Shown here in pieces: positions 61,600 through 64,000 of a DNA stretch of 64,000 bases. The notes beneath the pieces are model-generated. The model made no database searches. It was not told the origin of the DNA and was given only the letters and a program-made list of their open reading frames with translations. The DNA is from Eledone cirrhosa (lineage: Eukaryota): contig OZ024743.1 of assembly GCA_964016885.1 (NCBI GenBank), positions 343,294,001-343,358,000 on the forward strand. Reading direction: 5' to 3'. Both the position numbers and the translations under genes were made by a program. Every line of letters starts with the position of its first letter. Position 1 is the stretch's first letter.

Positions 61600-62897
61600 A
61601 ACTTTGAAATGTTTTGGCCAGTATTGGCCCAGGCCATGTCTAACTTAATATCACCACCTGGCGAAGTCTTTCAATTCAGGATTTGGGCACCATGGCCCAT
61701 TCGAGAAGAGAATTACTGTTTGCGGAGACATATCCGGGTGTGGGTGGTTTGTCCGGGATTACTTGGAGGAATTTGTCCAAAGACTTCTTGAATTTTGTGT
61801 GGTCAGTTTCTGTTTTGACGTGTCCTGGTGTGATGTTGAAGAGAGCAGGGCCGATTGAGGTGAAATAATTGTGCCGTATTGTTGTTATGAGTTGCGATTT
61901 AGATTTTTGTATGGGACGGATAGCACGGGGCCCAAGCCTTGGGTGTATCTTGAAGGCGATGCCAACATCATTTGGGCAGTGATGATGGAACATTTTCCAC
62001 ATCATGCAGATAAAATAACGCTCACGGCGACGTTGGAGTGAGTAAAGTTTCAGGTTTTCTAGTCGACCCCAGTAGTCAAGGTCTGACATGCCATCTATCT
62101 TTTTCGTGATTGCCCTTTGAGGAGCTTCAAGTTTCATGATACTTTGTTTCGTGTGGGGAGACCACAGTGGACAACAGTATTCAAGGTGTGGTCGGGCAAA
62201 AGTAGAGAAGAGAAGGATAATGGTGTGGGAATCTCTCGACTGGAAGGTTCTGAGGATCCAGGAACACATTCTGCGGGCCATGTCAACTTTGCTGCTTATA
62301 AGCGTGGCCCAGCTTATGTTGCTGTCCCCGGTTACTCCCAAGTCTCTGATGTTGTTAGATGCCACGAGAGTTTCCCCGGAGGGAAGGGAGTACGGGAGTT
62401 TCAGAGCATCCTCTTTTCCAAAGTGGATCAGTTAGAATTTGTCTTCGTTCAGTAACATGTTGTTCTTTTCCAGCCATTGGGTAACAGCCAGTAGGTCTGA
62501 CTGAAGGCTTATCTGGTCATCCACGCCATTGATGACCTTTTGGAGCTTGGAATCATCAGCGAAAATTTTAATGTTGCTGTGTTTGATGATGTCAGTGATG
62601 TCATTAATATAGATGATGAAGAGAAGTGGGCCCAACACAGTGCCTTGTGGGACCCCACTACTGACTTTGACTGGGCTGGATTTGACTCCTTCAACTACAA
62701 CATGTTGGGTTCTGTTTGACAGGAAGCTCTTGATCCACTGCAGCAGCTTTCCAGTGACACCAATATTGGACAGCTTTCTCAGTAGAATGTTATGATCAAC
62801 CCTGTCAAAGGCCTTGCTGAAATCAAGGTAGATAACATCAGTGTTGGAACCCTCTCCCAAGGCTCTCAAAATGTCATCAAAGTGATGCAGTAGCTGA
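61600..62897 (-). mobile_element. 5'-truncated CR1-clade LINE (RT with one in-frame stop)
   Basis: DVIYLDFSKAFDRVDH, SGVPQGTVLGPLLF, FADDSKL, RDLGV, RPHLEYCCPLWSP. ORFs 62432-62932 and 61676-62365 are in the same frame. Confidence 0.92.
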
Positions 62898-62940
62898 AAT
62901 ACATACATATATATACATATATACATATACATACATATAT

Positions 62941-63529
62941 GGTGGCTGCCAACTCGTTTTCGAGTACGGCCACTACTTTATATCCGATGCGCTGAACAAG
63001 TGTGACTTTTTAGTCCAGCCAGCAACTTGAAAACTCTGGTACAAACACTACACTTGTGACAATTATTGACACATAGTGCTTTACCTTTGGTACCATGTGA
63101 CGACAAGTGCAGAGAGATCTCCAGATACAAAGCAATGCCTGTGCCGTGAAGCTTTTATAGTGAGCAAAGGCACTGCACAAAGCCAGTCCCACTCTCTTAA
63201 CCAAGATGATATTTACCAAAAAGAAGAACAAGTCAACATCATTGGATACCATCAGGGTTGCAGGTGTTATATCAGAGTTTTCCTTCTCCTAGAATTCTGC
63301 CTTGACAAAGCCTAAGGGCTCATCTCTCCCAGTGATTTTGGATGGCCATTGACTCTTAAGAGCTCCTTTGCCCTTTGACAGGTTTTGTTTTTAGTCCTGC
63401 AGGATGTCCAAAGTCACCCTCCTCACCAAGAAACCTTGGTGGGGTTGCCAGTTCAGTCGCCAACGACCCGACCATGAGACAGGTTGTACTGGGATACATG
63501 TTACCAGTAGCACCAAGTGGTGACCTGAC
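62941..63529 (-). mobile_element. Bipartite non-autonomous RTE-type element, copy 4 (longest)
   Basis: Extends about 50 bp further 5' than copy 1; small deletion near the 3' end. Confidence 0.8.
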
Positions 63530-63788
63530 ATATATACATACATATATATATACATACATATATACATATATATACATACATATATACATATATACATACA
63601 TATATACATATATATATACATATATACATACATATATACATATATATATATACATACATACATACATACATACATACATACATACATACATACATACATA
63701 CATACATACATTTGTCGTAACTTTTAAAGAAGATCATCGACTATTTTGAAAAATAAATACGAAATATTAGTGAATAGACGAACTCATC

Positions 63789-64000
63789 ATGGCAAAAAGT
63801 ACAAGTCTCCTTCGACCAAATCGCAATTACAACCGTTGTACACAGTGGACCTACGAGCTTAACAAAGTATTATATGAAGCATATAAACAATCTGAACCCC
63901 AAAAGTTCGGTTTTATGCAAAGGCTAAAAACTTTATGGAACTCCAAACACCCAGAATTAGACTTTTCTCCAAAGCATTTAAATGAACAGGCAAAACGTAT
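63789..64000 (+). CDS. N-terminus of a probable R4/Dong-clade non-LTR retrotransposon ORF, running off the window
   Basis: ATG 63789: MAKSTSLLRPNRNYNRCTQWTYELNKVLYEAYKQSEPQKFGFMQRLKTLWNSKHPELDFSPKHLNEQAKR, fitting the WT.E.N..L...Y..S.P...G...R....W...HP pattern. About 78-nt leader after (TACA)n. Confidence 0.65.
   Translation, partial: MAKSTSLLRPNRNYNRCTQWTYELNKVLYEAYKQSEPQKFGFMQRLKTLWNSKHPELDFSPKHLNEQAKR

Noticed and set aside
63440-63529. HDV-like ribozyme at the 5' end of the bipartite element (acc-tgtctcat-ggt, gtcg/cgac hairpin)
   Set aside because: Could not build P1 or a contiguous P2-P3; the element may be truncated. Needs a descriptor search.

Overview
AT-rich eukaryotic (animal) DNA dominated by (TA)n/(TACA)n/(CA)n microsatellite arrays and nested transposable elements. 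The SINE/LINE repertoire suggests a coleoid cephalopod such as Octopus (inference, not checked). The only host coding sequence I can support is one 99-bp minus-strand exon of a polypeptide GalNAc-transferase (GALNT2-like, 23751-23849), so much of the window is probably intron. The long Y/I/C/V/H/T-rich ORFs are translations of microsatellites. Mobile content: an RTE LINE family with a PHD finger inside its RT (one copy with an unbroken ~885-codon frame), two other RTE families (one with a twin-priming-type inversion), Penelope-like elements (PLE; RT + GIY-YIG), a CR1-type RT, the 5' end of an R4/Dong-type element, a four-copy bipartite non-autonomous RTE, CORE- and Nin/Deu-type tRNA SINEs, two non-autonomous Helitrons, a deleted Tc1, and hAT and piggyBac MITEs. 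The most notable signal is non-coding: about nine minimal type I hammerhead ribozyme motifs (four sharing a covarying stem II with a fixed C-C mismatch), several within short asymmetric fold-back elements between TA tracts. The clearest is a 236-bp-arm palindrome with an intact hammerhead on each strand (58459-58957). All structures were read by eye; none was computed or searched.
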